A stretch of 64,000 nt of DNA from Candidatus Shapirobacteria bacterium (lineage in GTDB: Bacteria; Patescibacteriota; Microgenomatia; UBA12405; JAUWLS01), in the NCBI GenBank assembly GCA_030613565.1, contig JAUWLS010000002.1, positions 2,321-66,320 of the forward strand, in the 5' to 3' direction. How positions within the stretch are numbered: position 1 is the stretch's first letter; each line of letters opens with the position of its first letter. The translations under genes were made by a program, and so were the position numbers. The notes under the pieces are model-generated. The model was not told the origin of the DNA. It did no database searches and worked only from the letters and a program-made list of their open reading frames with translations. Shown here in pieces: positions 1 to 8,970 of the stretch.

Positions 1-10
1 AAGTACATTT

Positions 11-87
<77 letters not shown>

Positions 88-95
88 ATTGTTTT

Positions 96-169
96 GCCTG
101 GGTAGCTCAGTTGGTTAGAGCAGTTGTTTTGTAAACAACAGGTCGTGGATTCGACTTCCACCCCAGGCT
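96..169 (+). tRNA. tRNA-Thr (anticodon TGT)
   Basis: Acceptor GCCTGGG/CCCAGGC, anticodon stem GTTGT/ACAAC with loop TTTGTAA, same D and T arms as the first tRNA; no CCA encoded. Confidence 0.85.
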
Positions 170-171
170 CC

Positions 172-834
172 TTAGTTTTTGAGAAAGGGAAGAATTTTTT
201 TGAAAAGGGGTTGGGGATCAAAAAGAGGAGAATCGTGATTATTGGGGACAGTTTTTAGCTTGGAAGACTTGATCTTCTTTTGTAGTTTTTTGAGGTTTTC
301 TAAAGAGATAATCTCATCTTTTTGGGAGTGGATAATTAGGGTTGGTTTTTTGACAAGACGAGATTTTGAGTAGCCCTTTTTGAGGATGCGGATGAGAATT
401 TTTTGTCGTCGAACAAGAGGAAGATTTCTAAGAGCTGAGTTATGAGTTTTTAAGAGAAGTTTGGGTTTTTTATAGAGGAGCAGGTTTTTTAAGGTTTTTT
501 TTAAAAGAAATGAGGAAAGAATGTCAGAAGTAGGTTTCTCAAGGGGTTCTCCTAAGGGGTTTATGAGAACTAGTTTTTTGACTTTGGGGTGATGAGAGAG
601 ACAGAGAGACAAATATCCTCCGAGAGAATGGCCGATGAGGATAATGTTTTTTTGAGAAGTCTTTTCAATGAGCTTTTTAAGAGATTGAGTGTTTTTTTTG
701 AGGAAGGACTTGGATTGGGGATCGGGCCAGAAAGTATAGACTTTGTGGTTTTTTTTAAGAAGAGAGAGGAGTGTTTGGTAATTATCGGGAGAGTAAAAAG
801 CACCAGGGATAAGGATGATTGCACAATCTTTCAT
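172..834 (-). CDS. alpha/beta-hydrolase fold esterase/lipase family protein
   Basis: GHSLGG nucleophile elbow, downstream Asp (SQKDEI) and His (NNHDSP) consistent with a Ser-Asp-His triad. ORF track extends to 915, but the first 27 codons run across a tRNA-Ser gene, so the start is placed at the Met of MKDCAIILIPG (832-834). Confidence 0.6.
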   Translation of the reverse strand: MKDCAIILIPGAFYSPDNYQTLLSLLKKNHKVYTFWPDPQSKSFLKKNTQSLKKLIEKTSQKNIILIGHSLGGYLSLCLSHHPKVKKLVLINPLGEPLEKPTSDILSSFLLKKTLKNLLLYKKPKLLLKTHNSALRNLPLVRRQKILIRILKKGYSKSRLVKKPTLIIHSQKDEIISLENLKKLQKKIKSSKLKTVPNNHDSPLFDPQPLFKKILPFLKN

Positions 835-837
835 AGG

Positions 838-921
838 CGGAGGGAGCGAGATTCGAACTCGCGCTTCCCGAAGGAAACCGGTTTTCAAAACCGGCGCATT
901 TGACCGCTCTGCCATCCCTCC
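838..921 (-). tRNA. tRNA-Ser (anticodon TGA), long variable arm
   Basis: Reverse complement reads GGAGGGATGGCAGAGCGGTCAAATGCGCCGGTTTTGAAAACCGGTTTCCTTCGGGAAGCGCGAGTTCGAATCTCGCTCCCTCCG: acceptor GGAGGGA/TCCCTCC, discriminator G, anticodon stem CCGGT/ACCGG with loop TTTGAAA, long variable arm, T-loop TTCGAAT. Confidence 0.85.
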
Positions 922-983
922 AGATGGGTAAGAATGGGTAATTCTACCAAAAAAACGATTAGTTTTTGGTAGAATTGAAGCTA

Positions 984-2120
984 ATGACTAAAAAGAAGAA
1001 GATTTTAGTACTAACAGACCACATGCCTTGGGGACATAAGGCATTGGCCCAGGCGGCTTATTCCTACCTTAAAAAGGAGAAAGATTTTAAAGTTGAGTTT
1101 GTTCAAGTTAAGTTGGATTCTAGTTTTGCAAATTACGCATATGGCTTAACAGTGAAGTTGATGCCAGCAGTAATCAAACACAGTAAAAGGATTTTTGAAA
1201 CCAAGACAGTGAGTAAAATCATTCGAGAAGTAGGGGTTTTGAATACATCAAAGGTGAGAGGAGTGGTAGACAAATTTAAACCAGATTTGGTTTTTTCGAC
1301 TCATTTTATGTTGACACATGCTTTGGTAAAACTGAAGAAAAAGGATGGATGTAATTTTAAACTTTTGAATTATGTGTCAGATCCATGGTCGGTGTTTTCG
1401 ACAGTTTTTTCAAATGAGGTAGATAAAAATTTGGTTTATGACGATAAAACAGCACGGGTTGGTTTGAAGGCAGGGATTGATAAAGAAAGAATAGAGACTG
1501 TGGGGTGGTTGACTCGACCAGAGTTTTTTGAAAAAAAGAAAGGACTTTCTGAAATTAGAGATAAATATGGACTTAAAAAGAATGTTTTAACAGTATTTGT
1601 GGGGGGTGGAAGTTTGGGGGCGACAGCATATCTAAAACTTTTCCCAGCTTTGGCTTTGGTTAAAAAAGAGGTGCAAGTAATTTTTAACTGCGGGACAGAC
1701 AAGACCCTAAAGTCAATTGTTGAAAAGTATGTAGAGGCTTTGGAAATTAAAAACAAGGTGGTGAAAGTTAAAGTATTAGGTTGGGTGGACGATATGGATG
1801 AGTTACTGGCAGTTTCAGATATAGTGTTTGGAAAAGCAGGTCCTAATTTTTTGTTTGATGTAGTGGCATCCAGAAAACCTTTTGTATCAATAACTCATGT
1901 TCCAGCCCAAGAAGTGGGAAATGTGGAAATAATCAAGAAGAAGAGATTAGGATGGGTAAAAGAAGAGGTCGGTCCTTTAACAAGGTTTTTTATTGATTTA
2001 GTTAATAGACCAGAGAAGTATTTAGGAAAGCATGGGAAGAATATTGAGAAAGAAAGGGCGTACAACAAAAAAACAGGGGAGAGAATGGTGAAAGTGGTAA
2101 GAGAGACTTTGGAGGTATAA
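984..2120 (+). CDS. glycosyltransferase, MGDG-synthase/UgtP-like (GT28 family)
   Basis: N-terminal KKILVLTDHMPWGHKALAQA resembles UgtP KRVLILTANYGNGHVQVAKTL, and FVGGGSLGA resembles the GT-B MGGSQGSGA motif. ORF track begins at a TTG at 966; the ATG at 984 (MTKKKKILVL) is preferred. Confidence 0.55.
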   Translation: MTKKKKILVLTDHMPWGHKALAQAAYSYLKKEKDFKVEFVQVKLDSSFANYAYGLTVKLMPAVIKHSKRIFETKTVSKIIREVGVLNTSKVRGVVDKFKPDLVFSTHFMLTHALVKLKKKDGCNFKLLNYVSDPWSVFSTVFSNEVDKNLVYDDKTARVGLKAGIDKERIETVGWLTRPEFFEKKKGLSEIRDKYGLKKNVLTVFVGGGSLGATAYLKLFPALALVKKEVQVIFNCGTDKTLKSIVEKYVEALEIKNKVVKVKVLGWVDDMDELLAVSDIVFGKAGPNFLFDVVASRKPFVSITHVPAQEVGNVEIIKKKRLGWVKEEVGPLTRFFIDLVNRPEKYLGKHGKNIEKERAYNKKTGERMVKVVRETLEV

Positions 2121-2327
2121 AGATACTCGTCAAGTCTGAACATGAAAAGCTTTTCCTGGAAGTTAAGAATGGAAAGCCGTCTTTCTCGTTTCCTTAAAAG
2201 AACGTTTCGCCTTCCTTCCAAGTAGTTTGACAAGAAAAATCACTTTTTATGTTTAGCTTCTTGACGAGATAATTAATGTTAGATTAAGCTACTTGTCCTG
2301 TCAATAGTTAACTGTTACTATATTAGT

Positions 2328-2942
2328 ATGAGTTTAGATAATAATGATATTTATGATTTGGTCATAGATGTGGAGACCCAAAAAATGTTTGAGGATGTGG
2401 GTGGATTTAAGCCGGAAAAATTGGGACTTTCCTATGTAGGGGCTTGGATGGTTAGATCGGAAAATGAGCTTTTAGATAAAGACTATGTTGGTTTCTTTGA
2501 ACATAACATCTCTGACTTTTGGCCTTTGGTCGAAAGAGCTAGGAGCTTGGTTGGTTTTAATTTAATCGGTTTTGATTTACCAGTTTTGTCGGCCTATTAT
2601 TCAGGAGACTTTTCTAAGTTTAGAAACTTTGATCTGATGGACGAAATGAAAAAGGTTTTAGGTCACAGGGTTAGTTTGAATGCAGTTGCTAAAGGAACCT
2701 TAGGTGAAGAGAAAAACGGGGATGGATTAGGAGCAATTGAGTACTATAAACAAAAAGATTGGAAGAGTTTGGAGAAATATTGTAAAAAAGACGTGGAGTT
2801 AACAGCCAGACTTTTTCAGGAAGTTTTAAAGAATCAAAAACTTCGTTTTCAAGACAAGTGGAATGAATACAGGGAAGCAGAGGTTGTTTTTTCTTTAAAA
2901 GAAGAAGAGAATGAGAATGAAGTTCAGATGACTTTAATTTAA
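2328..2942 (+). CDS. DEDDy-type 3'-5' exonuclease (RNase H-like fold, DnaQ/PolB-exonuclease-like)
   Basis: Exo motif I LVIDVET, motif II region GFNLIGFDLPVL, motif III YCKKDVELTARLF (Y-x3-D). Confidence 0.5.
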   Translation: MSLDNNDIYDLVIDVETQKMFEDVGGFKPEKLGLSYVGAWMVRSENELLDKDYVGFFEHNISDFWPLVERARSLVGFNLIGFDLPVLSAYYSGDFSKFRNFDLMDEMKKVLGHRVSLNAVAKGTLGEEKNGDGLGAIEYYKQKDWKSLEKYCKKDVELTARLFQEVLKNQKLRFQDKWNEYREAEVVFSLKEEENENEVQMTLI

Positions 2943-2946
2943 GAAA

Positions 2947-3171
2947 ATGAAAAAAGATAAAGTAAAAAAAGAAATGAAGATTAGTGAGGTTCTGGAGAAC
3001 TGGCCAGAACTAGGTGAGGTTTTATCGGGGGAATATGGGTTTCATTGTGTGGGATGTCCCATGTCGGCAATGGAAACACTAGAAGAAGGAGCACAGGTCC
3101 ATGGAATGGATGAAAAAGACGTTAAGGTGATGGTAGAAAATCTAAACGAGATTGTGGAGAAGAAAAAGTAG
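2947..3171 (+). CDS. DUF1858-family small redox/disulfide protein (hybrid-cluster-protein-associated type)
   Basis: 74 aa; ISEVLENWPELGEVL...FHCVGCPMSAMETLEEGAQVHGMD resembles the DUF1858 consensus (...MHCIGCPAA..ETLEQAA..HGID). Confidence 0.5.
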   Translation: MKKDKVKKEMKISEVLENWPELGEVLSGEYGFHCVGCPMSAMETLEEGAQVHGMDEKDVKVMVENLNEIVEKKK

Positions 3172-3172
3172 C

Positions 3173-3364
3173 TTAGTAATCTTTTTGATTTTGATTGTTT
3201 TGTATGGTGTCCTGGGGTCTTTTTTGGATATAGACTCCAACATTGGTGTTTTGGGCACCCAAGATTTTTTGGTTTTGACTGTGGGAGTAGATGCCTAGAG
3301 TGGCAAGAGCGAAAAGGGTTACAACAAGGCCGATAATAAGAGTTCTGTATTCGTTTTTATTCAT
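3173..3364 (-). CDS. small membrane protein (hypothetical)
   Basis: 63 aa with one hydrophobic helix LIIGLVVTLFALATLGIY; no homology recognised. Confidence 0.25.
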   Translation of the reverse strand: MNKNEYRTLIIGLVVTLFALATLGIYSHSQNQKILGAQNTNVGVYIQKRPQDTIQNNQNQKDY

Positions 3365-3404
3365 GGTTTAATCTAACCTAAAAGAAAGGTGGGTGTCAAG
3401 AAGA

Positions 3405-4007
3405 CTAGAAAGGAAGGAGGAGATTCAAAATGAAGGTGATGAGTGGAAAAATAAGAGTACTTATTAGAGATTTTCCGGCAATAGGAAGAATAAGGAGAAT
3501 TAAAATAGGGGTGGAGTATTGGGTTAGGGCCTGGGTCCAGGAGAGTCTTAACTCTTCCGGAAGAAGTCCAAGAAGGATCTTGCTGCCATCTAAAGGATGG
3601 AGAGGAATGAGATTAAAAACAGCGAGAGTGACATTTAAAGAGATGAGAGTAAAAAAGAAAGAAAAAAGAAGAGAAGAGGTGAAAGGGATGAATCTCAAAA
3701 TAAGGGAAAGAATAATGGCCAGAAGAAGATTACTTAAGGGTCCAGCTAGGGAAATGAAGAGTTGGCCTTGATAAGGATTTTTTAGGTTTTGAGGATCAAT
3801 AGGAACCGGTTTTCCCCAACCAAAACGAAAGAGAAAAAGAGAGATTGTGCCTAGAGGATCAAGGTGTTTAAGAGGATTTAGGGTTAGGCGGTCGTGGGCT
3901 CTGGGGGTTGGATCACCAAGTTTGTCAGCCACTAAGGCATGAGCAAACTCGTGAATGGTTATGGCTAGGATGATGGAGAAGGCAAAAATTAGGAAGGAAA
4001 TGATCAT
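3405..4007 (-). CDS. peptidase M50 / site-2 protease family membrane protein (small SpoIVFB-like)
   Basis: HEFAHA (HExxH) in the first transmembrane helix; polytopic membrane protein of 200 aa. Confidence 0.6.
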   Translation of the reverse strand: MIISFLIFAFSIILAITIHEFAHALVADKLGDPTPRAHDRLTLNPLKHLDPLGTISLFLFRFGWGKPVPIDPQNLKNPYQGQLFISLAGPLSNLLLAIILSLILRFIPFTSSLLFSFFFTLISLNVTLAVFNLIPLHPLDGSKILLGLLPEELRLSWTQALTQYSTPILILLILPIAGKSLISTLIFPLITFILNLLLPF

Positions 4008-4063
4008 AAAAAATTGACTGGTGTGTTATAGTAATAAAGTTTCTAAAGATTATACAACGAAAA

Positions 4064-4363
4064 ATGGCTAAATGTTTCCTTTGTGGTAAAAAAACCATAA
4101 TACAAAAAAGATCAATGCACAGGAGAGGTGTGGCTTCGGCAAAATTTAGACGCAGAGCAAAAAAGATCTCTAAAGCCTATAAGCCCAATATCCAAAAGAT
4201 TACTTTGCAATTAGGGGGAATAAAGGTTTCTGGAAAATTCTGTACAAAATGTATTAGTAGGATGAAGAAAGATAAGAGAGATAAGAAAGTTGAGAAAAAA
4301 GTAGAGGTAAAGAAAGAGAAAAAAGTTGGTAAAAAGACAGCGAAAAAGACAAAGAAAGCTTAA
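4064..4363 (+). CDS. rpmB: 50S ribosomal protein L28 (bL28) with lysine-rich C-terminal tail
   Basis: MAKCFLCGKKT...RSMHRRGVASAKFRRR...KPNIQKITL...FCTKCISRM resembles bL28 (MAKVCxxCGK...NxSHxxxRTKRxxxPNLQ...C.xC); K-rich extension. Confidence 0.55.
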   Translation: MAKCFLCGKKTIIQKRSMHRRGVASAKFRRRAKKISKAYKPNIQKITLQLGGIKVSGKFCTKCISRMKKDKRDKKVEKKVEVKKEKKVGKKTAKKTKKA

Positions 4364-5220
4364 GAATTGAATTGATTTTTGATTTCATTTAAAGGAGTGG
4401 GGGTTTTTCCTTCGATTTGGACGATATAGTTCGGTTTCATTTTTGTAATTTTCATCCTTTTTCCTTGGGGAGTTTTGGTCCAAATACCGGGCCAAGGATC
4501 AAGGGCGCGAAATTTAGTCCATATTTTTTCCATTTCCTTTTTGTTTTCAAGTGAAGATTGAAAGTTTTTAAAGGGAATGAAACCGTCTTCTCTAGTAAGT
4601 TGGGGGGCATAAGACCCTTTGCCTTTTTGGGGTTGTGGTTTAATTTCTCCTTTTGCAATTTTTTCTAAAAGATCGGGTAGAAGTTGGGCAGCCAGTAAAT
4701 AAGTTTTTTCATAAAGAGTTGATTTTGTGTCGTTGTTAGTTATAAGTACTTTTTGCTGATAGAGAATTTCTCCTTGATCAAAGTGTTGGTTCATTTTTAC
4801 GAAACTTATCCCAATTTCCTTTTCTTGGTTTAAGAGGGCGTGTTCTATGGGGAAGCGTCCTTTGTAGTAAGGAAGAAGAGAGGGGTGGAAATTTATGGGC
4901 ATGATTTTGGGGAGAGAGAGAAGGGAAGGAGGTAGTTTTTGGCCGTAGCCGGCGACGATTACAAAGTCGGGTCGAGGCAGGGTGGAAAGTTCTTTTAAGG
5001 ATTCAGGAGTATGAACTTGGAGAGAATTTTTTTGAGAAAAAAGGTGAGTGTGGGTTTTTTTAAGCTCTTTTTTTCGTCCAGCAGGACGGGGCGGGGTGGT
5101 GACAACAGTGTTGATTTTATAACGAGGATCGGTGAGAAGGGACTCTAGAATATGGGTGGAGTAGTGCTGGAAAGAGCCAAAAAAGATTATTGAAATGGGT
5201 TTGAAATGTATAATAGACAT
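4360..5220 (-). CDS. fmt: methionyl-tRNA formyltransferase
   Basis: N-terminal formyltransferase domain (ISIIFFGS..., NFHPSLLPYYKGRFPIEHALLNQEKEIGISFVKM, FDQGEIL) plus C-terminal Fmt domain. ORF track starts at 5292; start at the Met of MSIIHF (5218-5220) matches the usual Fmt N-terminus. Confidence 0.75.
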   Translation of the reverse strand: MSIIHFKPISIIFFGSFQHYSTHILESLLTDPRYKINTVVTTPPRPAGRKKELKKTHTHLFSQKNSLQVHTPESLKELSTLPRPDFVIVAGYGQKLPPSLLSLPKIMPINFHPSLLPYYKGRFPIEHALLNQEKEIGISFVKMNQHFDQGEILYQQKVLITNNDTKSTLYEKTYLLAAQLLPDLLEKIAKGEIKPQPQKGKGSYAPQLTREDGFIPFKNFQSSLENKKEMEKIWTKFRALDPWPGIWTKTPQGKRMKITKMKPNYIVQIEGKTPTPLNEIKNQFNS

Positions 5221-5221
5221 T

Positions 5222-5809
5222 ATGAAAGGAAAATTAGTTTTGTATCCTAATAGTATCTTACGACGCAAGTGTCGGGTTGTGAAGGATAACAAGGGAGAAA
5301 GTTTAAAAGTAATTGAGGATTTGAAGAAAGTTCTTTTAGAAACAGATATTTCTGCAGGTTTAGCGGCACCTCAATTGGGGTATGACTTAAGAATTTTTGG
5401 AGTAAAGCACCATGGGCGCGATAAGGGAGAAAATTATGGGGATCTAAGAGTTTTTATTAATCCAAAGATAATTTTGGGAAAGGGAGAAAAGGAATATTTA
5501 CTAATGGAGGCAGAGGGTGGAGAAAGAGAAGACTTTTTGGAGGGATGTTTGTCTTTTCCAGAGCTTTTTGGAACTGTAAAAAGATGGAGAGAGATAGAGG
5601 TGGAATATGGAGTATTTGGCAGCAAGGGGGATGTTTTGAAAAGAAAAGAAAAATTAACTGATTTTGAGGCAATAGTTTTTCAACATGAATTGGACCACTT
5701 GGACGGAGTTCTTTTTGTGGATCATGTAAAAAAGCAAAATGGCAAGTTTTACAAACAAGAAAAGGGGAAGATGGTTGACATGGGAGTAGATGAGATTTTG
5801 AAAGACTAA
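5222..5809 (+). CDS. def: peptide deformylase
   Basis: LYPNSILRRK at the N-terminus, GLAAPQLG, EGCLSFPE, QHELDHLDG (metal-binding HExxH). ORF track starts at 5195; start at MKGKLVLYP matches the Def N-terminus. Confidence 0.8.
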   Translation: MKGKLVLYPNSILRRKCRVVKDNKGESLKVIEDLKKVLLETDISAGLAAPQLGYDLRIFGVKHHGRDKGENYGDLRVFINPKIILGKGEKEYLLMEAEGGEREDFLEGCLSFPELFGTVKRWREIEVEYGVFGSKGDVLKRKEKLTDFEAIVFQHELDHLDGVLFVDHVKKQNGKFYKQEKGKMVDMGVDEILKD

Positions 5810-7821
5810 AGAGTTTCTAGTTTTTCTTTAGCTTTTTGATTTTGAGGGTTTATGTTTAAGGCTTCTTGATAGTGATATTTTGCGTTTTCCAAGTCTTTTT
5901 CTATTTCATAAAGCTGGGCTAAGGAGAAGTGGGCTTGATCGTAGTTTTTCTTAAGATCAATGGTTTTTAAAAAAGTTTCTTTGGCTTTCTTAACATCTCC
6001 ATTTAATTGATAGGTGAGGGCAAGGTTATAGAAGGTTTTGGCGTCGGTAGGAGCAAGCTGAGAGGTGATTTCCATAGTAGTGATAAGTTGGTCAATGTAT
6101 TGGGGACTGATGGTAGAGAGGGTGTAAAGAAGGCTGGCTCTGGTTTTTAAAAGGTTGGGGTGAGTGGGGGAAATTTTTACAGACTGGTCAGAGGCAATAA
6201 TAGCCTTTTGAATATAATAGACTTGGTTTTCAGTTTCGGAAAGAGCGAGTTGGGAGTAGATCAATGAACTTTCAGAGTAATAGTTTGGTTCGGATGGAAA
6301 AAGGTGGATGGCTTTTTCTATTTTTTCTTGAGCTTTTTGGGATTGACCCATTTGACGCAGATTCCTAGATTCTTGATAGTTTAGATCAGCTTGGTAGTAA
6401 GAAATTACGTTAAGAGAGATTCTTAGGGCAATGAAGATGGTGAGAAAAGTCAGGATGTCTTTTTTAATGTTGGACTCTAAGGAAGGGGAAAATTGATCTT
6501 TGGGTTTTTCTTTAGTGATTAGGGCGGGAAGGAGAAAAAAGAAAAGGCTAATGGTGACGACAGAGAAACCAAAAAAGTTAGTAATGAGGATGCCAGCGTA
6601 GGCGGCAAGAAGAGAAAGGTTTTCAAGACTTGGTTTTTTAATGATTTTGATAATAACAGCGAAGGGGAGTAGAAGATAAGTTAAAAGACCAAGGGTTCCA
6701 GTGGTGGCTAAAAAGTTTAGATATTCGTTGTGGGCTTTATTGTAGAGAAAATCCCATTCGGAGGTAAGGTTGTGTTCTTGGGGTCGAACCCAGTAGTAGG
6801 AGTAAGCAAAAGTTTCAGTTCCTGTTCCAAAGAGGGGATATTTTTTCCAAAGATTCAGGGCTCCTTTCCAGACAATAAGACGAATGTCTTGGGAACTGGT
6901 AATGTTTAAAGGCATTTCTCCAGGTTGAGTTTGAATTTCTGGAGGAGGGGATTTTTTGAGAAACTCTTTTAAAGAGGGGGTGTAGGGAGTGCCAATTAGA
7001 AGGAAGATGGTTAGGAAGGTGATGGGGATAGCAAGTAAGGGTAAAAAGCCTTTTTTAAGTGTTTTTTTCTGGATTGTTTTTAAGAGTTTGAAAAAGAAAA
7101 GAAGAGATAGAGAAAATAGGGAGGCAAGGAAACCAGATTTTGATTTAGTGAAAAGGAGGGCTAGGGTGTAGGAAGTAAGGAGGGTTATGTAAAGAATAAT
7201 CTTTTGGTTTTCTTTTTTTTCAAGGGAGCGAAGTAGGGGAAAAAGAGTGAAAGGAATTAAAACAGAAAGATAAGCAGCTAACCAATTAGGTTGACCAAGG
7301 GTAGAAAAAACTCGGTTTTGGACATCTTGGATCCAGACATCTTTGTCAATTCCAAAGTGTTCAAGGATGGCGTAGATGGAAATTAGAAATCCAGAGGTCA
7401 AGGAAGGGATAAGGATTATTTTTTTTCTTTTCTCTAAAGAAAAGTTGCTGGTTAGGGCCCAGTAAAGGAGGGAGTAGCAGAGGGTGGAAAGTAAGCCACC
7501 GTTTAGGCGGGAGTAGTAACCAAAGATTGAGGTGTGGCGGTCGGTGGAAATGAAAGTGGAGGCAAGTTGGGAAGTTAGAAAAAGAAGGAGGGGAAGGTCT
7601 AGAAAGGTTTTTTGAAAAATTAACCTTTGTTCTTTTATGGAACGAATTATCCAAGTGGAAACAATGAGGGTAGTGAGAAGGTAGACGAAAAGCATTTTGG
7701 GAAGTTCAAAGACTTCAAAGCTCTTGGGAGAGAGGAGAAGAGGAGTTAAAAAGAAAAGAAGTTGAAAAAGTTTTTCTAAAAGGTTTTGAGGAAGTCTAGT
7801 TTTTTTAGGGGGAGTGGTCAT
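5806..7821 (-). CDS. O-antigen ligase (Wzy_C)-like polytopic membrane protein with C-terminal TPR repeats
   Basis: Many transmembrane helices in the N-terminal 450 aa; C-terminal TPR-like helical repeats (AKTFYNLALTYQLNGDVKKAKETFLKTIDL, AHFSLAQLYEIEKDLENAKYHYQEALNINPQN). Confidence 0.5.
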   Translation of the reverse strand: MTTPPKKTRLPQNLLEKLFQLLFFLTPLLLSPKSFEVFELPKMLFVYLLTTLIVSTWIIRSIKEQRLIFQKTFLDLPLLLFLTSQLASTFISTDRHTSIFGYYSRLNGGLLSTLCYSLLYWALTSNFSLEKRKKIILIPSLTSGFLISIYAILEHFGIDKDVWIQDVQNRVFSTLGQPNWLAAYLSVLIPFTLFPLLRSLEKKENQKIILYITLLTSYTLALLFTKSKSGFLASLFSLSLLFFFKLLKTIQKKTLKKGFLPLLAIPITFLTIFLLIGTPYTPSLKEFLKKSPPPEIQTQPGEMPLNITSSQDIRLIVWKGALNLWKKYPLFGTGTETFAYSYYWVRPQEHNLTSEWDFLYNKAHNEYLNFLATTGTLGLLTYLLLPFAVIIKIIKKPSLENLSLLAAYAGILITNFFGFSVVTISLFFFLLPALITKEKPKDQFSPSLESNIKKDILTFLTIFIALRISLNVISYYQADLNYQESRNLRQMGQSQKAQEKIEKAIHLFPSEPNYYSESSLIYSQLALSETENQVYYIQKAIIASDQSVKISPTHPNLLKTRASLLYTLSTISPQYIDQLITTMEITSQLAPTDAKTFYNLALTYQLNGDVKKAKETFLKTIDLKKNYDQAHFSLAQLYEIEKDLENAKYHYQEALNINPQNQKAKEKLETL

Positions 7822-7869
7822 AAAGAGATTATAAAGGAGAGAGAGCTTTTTTCTAAGGTAAAATAGGAC

Positions 7870-8970
7870 ATGAAGTTTAAGTTGAGATTGTTTGATAGAT
7901 TGTTAACTGATTTTTCCATGGATTTGGGAGTAGATTTGGGTACAGTTCAAACTAGGTTATTAATAAAAGGTAGAGGGGTAATAATAGATGAGCCAACTTA
8001 CATAGCAAGACAGAAGCAAAAAAAGTATTACGGAATGACAGCACCGAAACTGAAGAAGGCAAAAACAGTGGCTTATGGAACTAAGGCGGCGGGGATGTTG
8101 GGTAAGGAACCCAAGAGGATAGAAGTAGTAAATTTACTGAATGATGGGGTAATTTCAGACTACAAGGCAACAGAAGATTTTCTTTCTTATTATCTTAAAA
8201 GAGTTAGTCAAACCAAAACAGGAAAACCAAAACTTTTGGGCCCTCGGGTAGTGGTTAATGTTTCAGGAAAAAGTACTAGTGTGGAGTGGAGAGCAGTAAG
8301 AAGTGTTTTTCAGGGGGCGGGAGCAAGAGAGGTAATTTTAGTAGAAGAAGGTTTGCTGGCGGCGATTGGTGCAGAGCTTCCGGTGTTGAGCAATAGAGGG
8401 ATGATGGTAGTTAATATGGGAGGAGGGACAACAGAAATGGTGGTGGTTTCGTTGGGTGGAATAGTTTTGTCCAAAACCTTGAGTTTAGCTGGAATTGAGT
8501 TGACTAATTCAATCGTAGAATTTATGAGAATGAAGTATGGAATGTTGATCGGAAAAGTGTCAGCAGAGAGAGTTAAAAAAGAAGTTGGTTCGGTAGTAGA
8601 GGGAAGAAGTAAGAAAAAAGCGACAGTGGTTCGAGGGAGAGATTTAGGAACTGGTTTACCAAAAAGTATTCGACTTGATGAGGGAGAAGTAAGAGAAGCC
8701 TTGGTTTTAAAAATTCAAAAATTAGTATCAGCAATTCTAGAGATACTTGAAGAGACACCACCAGAGTTAACAGCGGATATTTTACAAAGAGGAATAGTTT
8801 TAACAGGAGGAGGAGCTCAGTTGGGCGGAATGGACAAGTTGATTGAAGAAGGGACAAAGATGCCGGTTTTTGTTGGCAAGAATGCAGAGCACTGTGTGGT
8901 CAGAGGATGTGGAAAACTTTTGGATGACAAGAAACTTTTGAATCAGATAAGGATTGTGGGAGGATTTTAA
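7870..8970 (+). CDS. mreB: rod shape-determining actin homolog MreB
   Basis: DLGVDLGTVQTRLLIKGRGVIIDEPTYIA, NMGGGTTEMVVVSLGG, LTGGGAQLGGMDKLI match MreB phosphate and adenosine motifs. Confidence 0.85.
   Translation: MKFKLRLFDRLLTDFSMDLGVDLGTVQTRLLIKGRGVIIDEPTYIARQKQKKYYGMTAPKLKKAKTVAYGTKAAGMLGKEPKRIEVVNLLNDGVISDYKATEDFLSYYLKRVSQTKTGKPKLLGPRVVVNVSGKSTSVEWRAVRSVFQGAGAREVILVEEGLLAAIGAELPVLSNRGMMVVNMGGGTTEMVVVSLGGIVLSKTLSLAGIELTNSIVEFMRMKYGMLIGKVSAERVKKEVGSVVEGRSKKKATVVRGRDLGTGLPKSIRLDEGEVREALVLKIQKLVSAILEILEETPPELTADILQRGIVLTGGGAQLGGMDKLIEEGTKMPVFVGKNAEHCVVRGCGKLLDDKKLLNQIRIVGGF

Noticed and set aside
570-903. ORFs 570..824 (-) and 589..903 (+) inside the hydrolase gene
   Set aside because: They lie entirely within or antisense to the alpha/beta-hydrolase CDS and partly over tRNA-Ser. 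They have low-complexity K/S-rich or R-rich translations typical of shadow frames.
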